Assembly: GCA_032718475.1 (NCBI GenBank)
Contig: JAUCBJ010000289.1
Span: forward strand, 1 to 45,230
Source: Nemertoderma westbladi
Lineage: Eukaryota > Animalia > Xenacoelomorpha
Direction of reading: 5' to 3'
DNA length: 45,230 nucleotides
Under the pieces are notes generated by a model that saw nothing but the letters and a program-made list of their open reading frames with translations, had not been told where the DNA came from and ran no database searches. Below, in pieces: positions 21,804 to 34,098 of this stretch. Position 1 is the first letter of the stretch. Each line of letters starts with the position of its first letter. The translations under genes were made by a program, and so were the position numbers.

Positions 21804-24800
21804 TCTCAATGACATAATGTACCAGATGATTGTAATAGAACTGATTGCAATGACGATACAGAAGAACATTGTAACAGCTTTATCGAGGATAACAGAAACA
21901 AACCTCCATTGGTCACTGTTTTCACAGGATGTTTTGTCTTCATTCATTCGTTTGTGCATACCTGAAAATATGCAAGAAAATATACACATTGTATAAACTA
22001 TACATATTTACATGTATACAATATATACACATATTTAAATATTTACGTATATAAATATTTACATTTGTTCATATCAATATATTCACTCATTTATTCTTGC
22101 CGCCAATGACACACAGTAACCAATAAACACCACATACAAGTATCAAAGGAACTCCGCCTCACATTGACTCCATTACTGGTAACCACTGATGGGGTGTGGG
22201 AGTCTGGGGTTGAACTCTTCCTGCGACCCTTATTCGGACAGTTAACCAGCTGAGATGGGTGATGTGAGAAGTAAGAAGGACAGGTAATCAGGTAGATTTA
22301 GAGCATGGTTCCTTATCTGAGGTGCGGGATGACGGGTCTTTGTTTTAGGTTAGGGTCAGTTAGTTTTCAGTCACTAGAACTGTAAGATGGGATGGGGCGT
22401 GAATGTTGAGTCAGAGGTTGGGCTGGGTAATTATAATGTTGCCTGAGATAGGCCAATAGGGCGGGATGGGTGGAACAATGGCTTTCGTAGTTTTTGTATA
22501 TTTTTTACTATTAAGTCCAACTGTGCGAACACCAGCTTAAAGTTGGACCCTAGTAGATTAAGTGATGGATGTTAGTCCCCCCACACGGTGTGACTTCTGT
22601 AACTCGATTCTGAAACTTGTTGTTGGACCACCTCTAACACAGAAACTTGTTGCTGGTTGCACTCCTCACACACAAAAACAAGTTGCGCAACAAATTTATG
22701 TGTGTGCCCACACACACATCCAGCAACAAGTTTCAGAAAAAAAGTTTCAGAAACATGTTGATCTTTGACAAGGTTGATCGATATTTTTGAGTTTTATATT
22801 TTGAAGCTGAGTAATTGTTATTGATGTTAATATACGTAATTGTTTCTTAAATTTCTTAATTAATTCTTAAACAACCGTCCATTAGATGTGACCCCCTGCC
22901 CCAACTTACCAAGTACCCAGTACCCAACCTCACAAATATATACTGCTATATATATAATATATACCTCAAAAATAATTACTCAGTATGCAACATTGAGTGA
23001 GCATACTTAGCTTTATTGCAATTTACTTTAAAATGTTGGTTTAGCTACTCACTAGATACCAAATGAAACATGAGCATCTCAAAGTCATTAAGGTCTTCAT
23101 CATCAACATCCATGGCTGAAAATGACGTCTCTGATTCAGACCTCCCTATGGACTCGTTGTCCATTCTGTCCAACCACCCACCTGGACTGTAGATACCGAA
23201 AAATGGACCGATTTTTACCAGAGTGAGTTCCCTCAACCAGAAAGGGGGCGGGCTGTCTACAAGATGGTTGTGATGATAGATATGGATGATAAAGACGAAG
23301 TAGATGACTGTGAGTACAATGATGGTCAGCTGGACGACATAGCAGTAGCCGAGTATTGGGTAGTTGGCACTGGACTGTGGCATCAGTTTGCTAACTTCTG
23401 TCATTGAGTACTGCTGGGCGAAGTAGATGTTGGACGCCAGTCCCATCCTTTCTCCGGATGCTGTTGGGAGGAAGAAACATGCCATGTTTAATATGTTCAT
23501 TAGTATTGCTGGAACTAAAGTATCAATTGTGTTATTATGGCTGTTGTGCACATCTTTTTTACGGATTTCTCTAGGATATTTTGGCTACGGTTCCGTATTT
23601 CACTTCATTTTGTTTTACAAAGAGTCTTATTATAAATAGCATATGCGTGTATTTCTGTGGTATTAATTACTGGTGCTAGCTAGTATTTTATTACATAATA
23701 TAATGTAATATTTTCAGATAGCTAAAGTGTTTTTTAGGGTAGCTAGTAAAAAATAAAAAGCTGGTACATGCTGACTAAATTAGATGGCTGGTAGCTAGCC
23801 TTTGGAAATTCAGATAATTTTTACTGTTTACTTCTAGAAAACTCAAAATTGTTGTACATTTTTTCCGTTGCAACACTTAAAAACACTAGCTACCTGAAAA
23901 TATAACACTTTATTTAATAAAACACTCGGTAGTCCTTAATTATTGCACAAAAACAAAGTCATAACACTTTTTATCAATAATGTAAATGTATTATTTGCTA
24001 TTTTTTTTATTATTTTCTGGATTAGTTTGCAGAATATATTTATGACGGTTCTCATTATGAAAATAGATATTCGTGTTTTGAATTTAAGTGAAAATTTCAA
24101 AATGAAACAAATTCGGATTCAAGTTGAAATCGAGCTGATCTTGTATTATATTGTTATAATATAGGCCTACACACACTTATGCAAATTTTAGTAAACATGG
24201 TGCTGAAATCTTAAAGAATGAAGAATTGAACTCTGAAAAATTTTATAAAATTTCATTAATAAAAAATAAAATAAATCACTAAAAATCCAGTACTGAAAAT
24301 GTACACAAAAGCCATTCTAATCACACAAAGGTACTTAAGAGGTTGAATATGTAAGCTTGAGGTTGGCGACAAACAATTATTGTCAAAACCGATTCTTGGA
24401 ACGTCCGACTTCCAATACCTGTTCTTTTAATCTCGTGAGTCATATGGGCGGTGTTTACTCTCCACTGCTCATTAGCAAGATACAATTCGGTCTGAGGAGA
24501 ATCTTCCATTACAAACAACTCTATATCTTCTTCAGAATCCGAAGCCACTCGAATCTTCAGATAAAGATGATGTCCATCGAATGGAAAAGCTCTTCCATTC
24601 AGATCCGCACTGATGACATAAACCCCAACTCTATTCCATCTGACAACTCCATTATAAGTCACTCTCATATCTATAGTGGCCTCATCTTCTATCAACACTA
24701 GATTTTCTATTATTAGAGGAGGTTTCCAAATGTCATCACCATCGTCATAAATTTCGTCAATAAGAGATGGCTTTAATTCCCACATGCGGAAAGAGTCCAA

Positions 24801-25052
24801 CCATTCGGCTGTTATCTCTAGTCGTATGGTCCATGTCTGGGTGTTTAGGTTAACATCAACCACCTTTAGAATGGCGATTTTCAGACCAACTCGTATCTTT
24901 TTGGTATGATCTTCTCGCGGAACTATACCATAGCAGTGGTCGACATCAAGTTTATCTATAAGATCACTGGGGGTCTTTACAGAGACCCTCGCTGACGCAT
25001 TGTCTATCAGTTGGCATATTATTATTATAATTGTAAGAAACAAATGTTTCAT
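21786..25052 (-). CDS. Pentameric ligand-gated ion channel subunit, nAChR/5-HT3-like, Cys-less (about 451 aa, 3 exons)
   Basis: Exons 25052-24335, 23514-23053 and 21961-21786; both introns are phase 1 GT-AG. Signal peptide, WLD..W, IWKP, FPFD, M1 YIFNLLIPAIL, M2 SGERMGL, M3 YPILGYCY, M4 QWRFVSVILDK. Confidence 0.9.
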
Positions 25053-25559
25053 TATTATTAGTTCGTATAATCAAATAAATCTTACAGATAGTAAACACTG
25101 AACACTGAATACTGAACACATTTTTAAATATGTCTAAAATTTCTACTGGAATTAAAATATTTTGATTTTATATACAGTATGGGCTGTTCAAATATGGCTA
25201 AACATTTGTTTTTTCAAAAAATTTTCAAATTTCAGTCGCCCTCTACCGACCATTGCATGATGCAAGATTTGCGGTTAAAATGCTACTAGTCATTCAATCT
25301 GAGGTGAATTTGGCTGAAACAAATTTGTTTCGAATCACGGAGGAGAGCTCCACAAAAGTTATCGGTTAACATTATTTTGCAGTTTAGCGTTTTTATGAAA
25401 ATTAATTAATATTTATTAATATTTGGCTAAATTTTAACAAATTTTTGGCTTTAATCGGATTATCTGAATATTGGCGGTAAGAACAGAAATATAAAAATTT
25501 AAACCGAAAACTTTTAAAGAACTGCCGAAACCATTTCGAATGAGTCATAAATAAAGAAA

Positions 25560-25770
25560 ATTGGTTAAAAAATGGCGGAGGAGTAGTCAATGAAAAATGA
25601 AAAATTTCATTACAAGATAATTTTGTCGTTAAATTTTAAACCCTCCAGCCAGAACTGGCTGTCTGTGGTCTGGTTGGTTAATTATTTCTGGCATGATCGA
25701 AGCATATCACCGAGCTAAAACTTTCATAATGGGGGTTTTCGGTGTCGCTGATTTCATTTCCGATGTCAGT
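25560..25770 (+). repeat. Dispersed repeat, copy 2
   Basis: Similar to 1655-1870. Confidence 0.65.
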
Positions 25771-26214
25771 TTTAAGTTTTGGTTGAATCTAGTCTGTCTG
25801 TCTGTCCGTTGTCTGTCTGTCTTACAATTTGACTGACAGACCATCATACTGAAAAACAGCTATAACTCGAGCACTAAAAGAGGTTTCGCTAAGCGGTTTT
25901 CAGATTTGAAATCCTCATTTAATTCTGCTACAGATTAAATAAAAAACAGGCATTAGAAATGGGGACCAGGGGGGGGGGGGGGGATACTCCAGCCTTAAGA
26001 TAGAAAAACCTACTTTATTAATTTCTTCTTGCATTTTCAATATATCTATATAACTATAATCTACCTCCGGCATTGAAGCTGCACAATGAGATTCTATGCT
26101 GGTTTAACAAAAATATTTTGCCACCACCATTCAATCCACAATTGGTAAGCCCAATGCAGCGTGAATTAAGAAAGCTATTGTGCTTATGGATTATCATCAA
26201 AATTGCACCGCCAC

Positions 26215-26385
26215 AACTCCCTATCCACCATGGCTTTCGCGAGATTATCCGCATCTTAAAGTGTCTTCACGAGGCGTCTGAAGAAAGTCAAGGGCTGTCC
26301 AGAGTGTCCACCATGCTTGTTTTGTCCACGAGGCTGCTAAAGTACAAGATTGCACACTGGCTAGTCCTCACGACGAAAACAATTG
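26215..26385 (-). mobile_element. Old RTE fragment
   Basis: Reverse complement resembles 15320-15480 (gaggactagccagtgtgcaatcttgtactttagcagcctcgtgga...aagcatggtggac). Confidence 0.7.
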
Positions 26386-26907
26386 CATTGTACTTGACAC
26401 AGAAAGTTTTCACAAAACTCTCAATATAAAGCTGATTATGTTACAGATGATTTCATTATATCATTGACAAAGCTGTTCTAGCTTGATAACAATATAGGCG
26501 AGTCAATCTAGCCGAAAAAGGGGGTCAACCCATGACAAATTCGCAATTCATCCAAACCAATTTATTTTTATTCTACATTACCTTGTTAATACCCCCAAAA
26601 AAGTCTATAGAAATATATTATGCGGATCACCTCCAATTTCCTGTTTCTTTCCTTAGCAACATTGATTTTACATAGCAACAAGGGGTCTATTGGTGGGATT
26701 TTCTCCAAATTTGGTACAGACAAACTTTACTCTAATGACTATCGATTGACATAAGTATACACTTCTATATAATTACCAATTTAGTTTCCAGAGCAACGGA
26801 AATTTGTCTAATAATTTATCCATTTTTAATACCAATTTTGCTGGTACAATATAGGGACCTTATTTACACAATTTCTCTACTAAACGGGTGGATGTAACCT
26901 CGCCCAT

Positions 26908-29031
26908 TATGGCGTCTCTTTAGGGTCAATATTCAGTGTTTTAATATTTTTTATTCAGTATAAATTTACATTCAGTAATAATTAATATCTTTCAGTGTTC
27001 TACAATATCGTTCAGTAATACTGAATTATCTTTCAGTATTTACTGAATTATCTTTCAGTACTTACTGAATTATCTTTCAGTATTTACTGAATTATCTTTC
27101 AGTATTTGCCATAGCACATCAGTATAAAATCACTCATTATTATAAATTCCTTGAATTCAATAGGCCAATACAAAAAGGCGCATTCTAGAATAATGTATGT
27201 AGAGGGAATTTCAAGTTATTTGTTAGGTTGCGAGAATATTGTACCGGTACTAGTAGACATACAGTATGGCAGATCCTGCGGGGTTATTACTTCACGAAAT
27301 TGAACAAGCAATACTGACTGGCATATTCTAGAATATATAATGTTAATTTACGAAAACTGTCGACGGTCGACGGCACTTATTAAGACAGTTTTCTGTTCAG
27401 GCTTGGCATTTGGAACAATATAATATTATAATCATATACTGTAACTTAGTAACTTAGTCGTATATTAGTGTCGTATAGTAGTAACTTAGTCGTTTATATA
27501 TATATATTTTTTTTATATAAGTTTAAATTAAGTAAAGAAAGTTAGGGAATAGACTGTAGGGTGTGAGATCAAGTTGTTTTAGTATAATAATATTTTAAGA
27601 TTTCAAAAAGTGACAACTTATATGATCAATCACTAAAATAATAAAATAATTAAGTAAATACTGAAAGATAATTCAGTAAATACTGAAAGATAATTCAGTA
27701 AATACTGAAAGATAATTCAGTAAATACTGAAAGATAATCACTGAAAGATAAATACGTTACTGAAAGATAATTAAGTATTACTGAAAGATAATCACTGAAA
27801 GATAAATACGTTACTGAAAGATAATTAAGTATTACTGAAAGATAATCACTGAAAGATAAATACGTTACTGAAAGATAATTAAGTATTACTGAAAGATAAT
27901 CCAGTAAATACTGAAAGATAATTCAGTAAATACTGAAAGATAATCACTGAAAGATAAATACGTTACTGAAAGATAATTAAGTATTACTGAAAGATAATCA
28001 CTGAAAGATAAATACGTTACTGAAAGATAATTAAGTATTACTGAAAGATAATCACTGAAAGATAAATACGTTACTGAAAGATAATTAAGTATTACTGAAA
28101 GATAATCCAGTAAATACTGAAAGGTAATTCAGTAAATACTGAAAGATAATCACTGAAAGATAAATACGTTACTGAAAGATAATTAAGTATTACTGAAAGA
28201 TAATCACTGAAAGATAAATACGTTACTGAAAGATAATTAAGTATTACTGAAAGATAATCCAGTAAATACTGAAAGATAATTCAGTAAATACTGAAAGATA
28301 ATCACTGAAAGATAAATACGTTACTGAAAGATAATTAAGTATTACTGAAAGATAATCACTGAAAGATAAATACGTTACTGAAAGATAATTAAGTATTACT
28401 CAAAGATAATCACTGAAAGATAAATACGTTACTGAAAGATAATTAAGTATTACTGAAAGATAATCCAGTAAATACTGAAAGATAATTCAGTAAATACTGA
28501 AAGATAATTCAGTAAATACTGAAAGATAATTCAGTAAATACTGAAAGATAATTCAGTAAATACTGAAAGATAATTCAGTAAATACTGAAAGATAATCACT
28601 GAAAGATAAATACGTTACTGAAAGATAATTAAGTATTACTGAAAGATAATCCAGTAAATACTGAAAGATAATTCAGTAAATACTGAAAGATAATTCAGTA
28701 AATACTGAAAGATAATCCAGTAAATACTGAAAGATAATTCAGTAAGTACTGAAAGATAATTCAGTAAATACTAAAAGATAATTCAGTAAATACTGAAAGA
28801 TAATTCAGTAAATACTGAAAGATAATTCAGTAAATACTGAAAGATAATTCAGTAAATACTGAAAGATAATTCAGTAAATAGTGAAAGATAATTCAGTATT
28901 ACTGAACGATAATTTATTAATTACTAAAAGATATTGTAGAACACTGAAAGATATTAATTATTACTGAATGTAAATTTATACTGAATAAAAAATATTAAAA
29001 CACTGAATATTGACCCTAAAGAGACGCCATA
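26908..29031. mobile_element. Non-autonomous foldback-like DNA transposon, IS3EU-like termini
   Basis: TIRs of more than 100 bp starting TATGGCGTCTCTTTAGGGTCAATATTCAGTG; 6-bp TSD GCCCAT at 26902-26907 and 29032-29037; no ORF. Confidence 0.8.
27655..28910. repeat. Subterminal satellite array (CTGAAAGATAA core; 22-bp unit and 54-bp higher-order unit)
   Basis: CTGAAAGATAATTCAGTAAATA monomers interspersed with 14+19+21-bp trimers; about 4 inverted units at 27020-27105. Confidence 0.9.
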
Positions 29032-29894
29032 GCCCATCGGATTTATCGACCTCAATAACCCTTATCCCCAAAAAATGTATTCGTTATAATATGATAAACT
29101 ATGTGGTTTTCAAACCAAAACAAATAAATAAATTACACCTAAAATCAATAGAGCAATCACAATTTAATTATGTGAAAAATCTTCACTAACATTAATGGAA
29201 ATTATAAAATTTCCTTGCAGTGGAATTGTATAATTTTTTTTACAACAGTTTCCTTAATATAACGTGAAGTTTTTGATATATTTAAAAATTTGATGTGACT
29301 TCTAGTTTCCGAGATATAGCAATTAATGTGTAACACGCCAGTGTAAATGTTACTAATTTCCCATTTAATCACTGCTTATTGTGAAATTCAATATATTATT
29401 CTGGAACATCACCAATTTGCTACTTACTTTTCCCTAATGTTCCTTTTGTTTGGCTTCTGTTATGCAAATTTACGCAGAATTTCCACGAATAAACATATGA
29501 TCCGCAAAATAAAATTTTATAGACTTTTTTTGGTCATTTATAAGGTAATATAGAATCCAAAATGTGTGGTTAGGATTGATTGATTGACTCGACTAATAAA
29601 TTATTTAATTGATTATTTAAATAAACAATATTTATATTGTTCTAGAACGAATATATATTTTATTATATGTTTTAATAACTTTTTACTGTAACAGTAGTAT
29701 ATATTGGAATAGTGCAGAAACCCACGGTCTTTTCCCTTTGTTAAACATCGTCTTTAATTAATTGCAGTATAGCTAGTTATTTAAAGTAAAGTAAAACAAT
29801 CACTAAATTTGAAAAACTAATCAGGGAACAGAATGTTCATAAACTAGCCATTATATGATAGTAAAAATAAATACTAGAATAACAAAATGTATAT

Positions 29895-30010
29895 TAGGCC
29901 TACTAGTACTGTAGTACTATAGTAGGCCTACTAGTACTGTAGTACTATAGTAGGCCTACTGTAGTACTATAGTAGGCCTACTGTAGTACTATAGTAGGCC
30001 TACTGTAGTA
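29895..30010. repeat. Short tandem repeat of palindromic units
   Basis: TAGGCCTACT(AGTACT)GTAGTACTATAG, 4-5 copies. Confidence 0.85.
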
Positions 30011-30886
30011 TAAAAAAATAAGAAGGAATCCGTTCATTCTCTGACGTTATTGCACAAGTTATTCTTCAACATTATAGTGATATATAGCGGTATATGCAGT
30101 AGTATATAACTACTGCTTTTTAGAGTATGTTTATGTATGATTAGCTACTCAACAGTTCTATTATAGGTATTGCATTGTTGCCTGGCTACTTATAAGATAA
30201 ACACAATGTTCCAGAATATGATATTATTTATTAAATATAATAAAATAGCCTCGCGCAATTGCAAAACCATGTAAACTATTTCCCAACCAAATTCAATTAA
30301 TTATTGTTTTTTACAAGGCCGGCTTTCCATAAGTACCAACAAAATCTCAATATAGTTGAAGAATAACTGCAGTGGAACGGGTGCGTGCAAGGGGCGTGGG
30401 TATATGAAACTCTGAGAATTGTAAAAAATCTGATGTGAGTTGTACACAGGTCTGAAAAAAGAGACTATATCCCAGGACATTGTGCATTCGAATGACGACA
30501 TTTAGAAAGAAGCGGTGGCATGGCAGATAGATGTATGCAGAAATAATGTCGCACTGTGATATAAAGTTGGAAAATATGTCGCCTTGAGCGATCTGGTAAA
30601 TCGAAATTAATTCTAAATAATTCATATATATAGAATAGTAGATTATTCGATTTTATTAAGTTAGACTTAAAGGTAACATTTATTAAACCCATAAATAAAT
30701 ACGATACTTTTTATTGTTGATTGCTTAACCTTCTCGCAGTGTAAACGTGGCAACTGTTTTACAGAAACTTCGTGTTTACACGGTGCAATAACTTGAGCGG
30801 CAACCCAACGTATTCACTAAGTAGCTGAGAAAGTTACTCAAAAAGTTACCACATGTGTAACACTTCCTTATTAAGGCATCTATCTA

Positions 30887-31794
30887 AACCATGTCCCAGA
30901 ATATTATAGTGTCGTAATTCAGTGACACGCCCCCCCCCCCCCCCCCCCTTAATTTTTCTACAAATCGTAATGAGATTGCATGAAATTTGAAACAGAGATA
31001 GTTTCACCTCCCGACCACTGACTGGGTGAGCCAGAATTCTTATTTTTGCTTTCAATCTTTAGCTACAAGCATTTAAAAAAAGTGTCTCCAGCGATATTAC
31101 ACCAGTTACAACGCAGTTATTCTTCTACGTTATAGCTGTTTGTTGGTACCGACGGAAAGCTGGCCCTGCAAGGATTCCTAATATGTAACACGATTTTAAT
31201 TTCGTTGAAAAATAGCTGAGATATGAGCGTTCAAATGTTGCATGGTTTTGCAACGACGCGGGGCTATTTTATTCTATTAATAAATAAACCATATTCTGGA
31301 ACATTTTTAAATGTATGAATAGCTACGTAATAGTATGATTAAAGATGTAATGCATTGTTGCCTAGCTACGTATTTGGATAAACAAAATATTCAAGATTAT
31401 GATGCATTTATTAAATAGAATAAAATGGCCTCGCGCAGGTGCATAACCATGCAATATTTGAACGCCATATCTCAGCTATTTTTCAACGAAATTCAAATTG
31501 TGTTACATATTTGGAATCCTTGCATGACCAGCTTTCCATTGGTACCAACAAATAGCTATAAGGTAGAAGAACAAATGCGGTGTAACTGGTGTAATATCGC
31601 TGGAGACACTTTTTTTAAATGCTTGTAGCTAAAGAATGAAAGCAAAAATAAAAATTCTGGCTCACCCAGTCAGTGGTCGGGAGGTGAAACTATCTCTGTT
31701 TCAAATTTCATGCAATCTCATTACGATTTGTAGAAAAATTAGGGGGGGGGGGGGGGTGTCACTGAATTACGACACTATATTCTGGGACATGGTG
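30887..31794. mobile_element. Palindromic Tc1/mariner-type MITE
   Basis: Arms of about 400 bp in inverted orientation, starting (C/A)ACCATGTCCCAGAATAT and flanked by TA; related remnants at about 4350-4381 and 30170-30275. Confidence 0.8.
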
Positions 31795-32694
31795 TAGTGG
31801 AGTGAAAAACAACAAAATGGGAGACAGGAGGGGGGGGGGGGGGGGGGGGGGAACTGGATGCAAAACCTGCCTTGGCGAATTAATATCCCGCCTCAATGTT
31901 AAATTATCAATTTAGGGAAAGGAGCAGGTTACAGTGGCACGTTATTAGAACACAATAGAACAGGTTACAGTTTTATTTTTGAGAGTAGTCAGCTGTTATT
32001 TGCGTCAAATTTCCCCTTGAAAGGGATGAATTTGTATTGCGTCCAGTTCCCCCCCCCCCCCCTTATCTGCAAAATGGAGACGAATTTAATAATATGTGTT
32101 GTTGCCTCTGTAGTGAGGACAACCACAGAGCAGCACGGGCTCCAGTGCTGTACGGAATAGTACATTAACTTGGAACTAACTAATTCATAGACAGCTGTTT
32201 GATAGCAGACCATGCTCCCATTAAAAACAATGTAATACTATAATACTATAGGCAAACAGCCAACACACGCACTGAACATGCATACTAACCGCACACTGTG
32301 TAACGCTGCAACTCATATCATAACTCAATCTACTGAACGATTTCTAGTAAATGTGATTAATTTTTATTACTGCATTCAATCAGCGATAAAGAGAAAATAG
32401 GTAGAAATAATTTACAGGTCGGTATGAGATTAATACAGCGTCGTTTACATTGCTGTTCCCAATCAGTTCTATTGCAGTTTCTATGTATAAAACTGAAGTT
32501 AGTATCACCATCTGTGGCATAGTTCCTCGCAATAAATACGTATTCGTAGCTTGAAGCGAATTTAGTCTCATGTTATTTATCTACACATTTTTATAAATTG
32601 GGTATTTATAAATTGGCAACGTACTTAAGGGTAAATTAAGTTAGAGGAACCAGTACATCTATGGAAACCCAAAGGCTGATCGACTTGTACTATA

Positions 32695-32870
32695 CAGTGC
32701 AGTGCCGGCAGAGCCAGCAAAATAGCGCCCCCAGGTGTTATGGTTAGCTTCACACAGTGCCGGTGGTCGGGTCCCAGCAACATAGGGCCCCCAGATGTTA
32801 TGGTTGATTAGACATACACAGTGCCGGCGGTCCCAGCAACATAGCGCCCCATAGATGATGGTTAGCCATA
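32695..32870. repeat. About 60-bp imperfect tandem repeat, 3 copies
   Basis: CAGTGCCGG...CCAGCAAcATAGcGCCCC...ATGGTT recurs three times. Confidence 0.75.
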
Positions 32871-33802
32871 CACTTCCCAGGGTTCATCCCTATTTTTAAA
32901 TCCGGTGTCCAAGAAGTTGGCATTTGAAGAAAGTCATTGGCTGTCCACCGGGCCTATTCTCACCAGGAGGTTGCCACAGCGCAAGGTTGTGTGCAATGTC
33001 ATCCTGTAGGCGAAAACTTCACCTCTGCAAGGTGATGCTGGGTATTGGATATGTGATGTTGTGATTGTAGTATAACACCTCAATGCTTATGTGTGCACCA
33101 TAGGTAATGTTGTTCACCCTGCGTAGCATCCTAATATGTAACATGAGAAACCTGATCCATTCCGTATTCAGTTGAACACAACTTTCGGTAAAATAAACTT
33201 ATTATTCGAGGTTTGGATAAATAGAACAGTTTCTATAATCAGTGTATAATAAATAACAAATACGTCGAAAATAGAGTTTTCCAATAATGTCTTCTTCCCA
33301 TATAAATTAGACACTTTCAACTCTATGGCTCGAAAGTACTTGGTCTTCAGGTGCCTGTGTAGAGATCTGATTTCCAGATGGTATCCATTTTCGATTGCCC
33401 ATGACCGCCCATGCATTTGCTATCCAACCCCTAAGTCTGCTGCTCTCTATATCCATGACTAAAGGTTGTAGAAGTCGTCAACTTTCCATAGATGTTATTA
33501 TCAATTGTGATTATACAAAAGTGTATCACCTAGCGTATTAGAATGAAGGGCAATGTCATCCGCAAAGTCGGTCGGTGTCTGTCACTGTGTGAACAGGATA
33601 ATGCTCCTTCTACGTTCTTGAGTTAGAGCAAAGTCAAGCTCTATTTTTCGAGGTGGTTGTTATTATGCTTTTATTATAGGAAGGGATCTAGGGGTCTTTA
33701 CCTCGTCACACACCTCGCCAACACATTGTTACTATCAATAATCGAAAAATCAGAGGCTAATAAAATGGCAACTTGCTTTGAAATTATTACTCCATATCTC
33801 AA

Positions 33803-33865
33803 GAACATGTGGCCTAGTGGTTGTAGTCTCGGCTTCCACGTCGAGGTCCCAGGTTAGAATCCGAC
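33803..33865 (+). mobile_element. tRNA-derived SINE-like head (Pol III A and B boxes)
   Basis: A box TGGCCTAGTGG at 33810-33820; B box-like GGTTAGAATCC at 33852-33862; tRNA-like spacing. Confidence 0.6.
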
Positions 33866-33908
33866 ACCACGCTGATGAGACCCAGTAAGGTCGAAATGCG
33901 TACGTGGT
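33866..33908 (+). ncRNA. Minimal type I hammerhead ribozyme
   Basis: ACCACG-CTGATGA-GACC(CAGTAA)GGTC-GAAA-TGCG-TA-CGTGGT: 6-bp stem I, 4-bp stem II, intact core, vestigial stem III. Confidence 0.8.
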
Positions 33909-34098
33909 TTTGGAGAGATTTGAGATATTAATTTCAAGAAAAATTACGCTATTCTTAAATTTGTACACTACCCGGTAAAAAAGTACGCATGTGATGGGAT
34001 TAGTCCTACAATTGCGCCAATAAAAGATAAGTTATTTACGGTAAAATAAACTTATCATTCGAGGTAAAGACCCCTAGATCCCTTCCTATAATAAATGC

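Noticed and set aside
33803-33870. Functional tRNA gene
   Set aside because: No complete acceptor stem or cloverleaf, and the B box is degenerate; treated as a SINE head.
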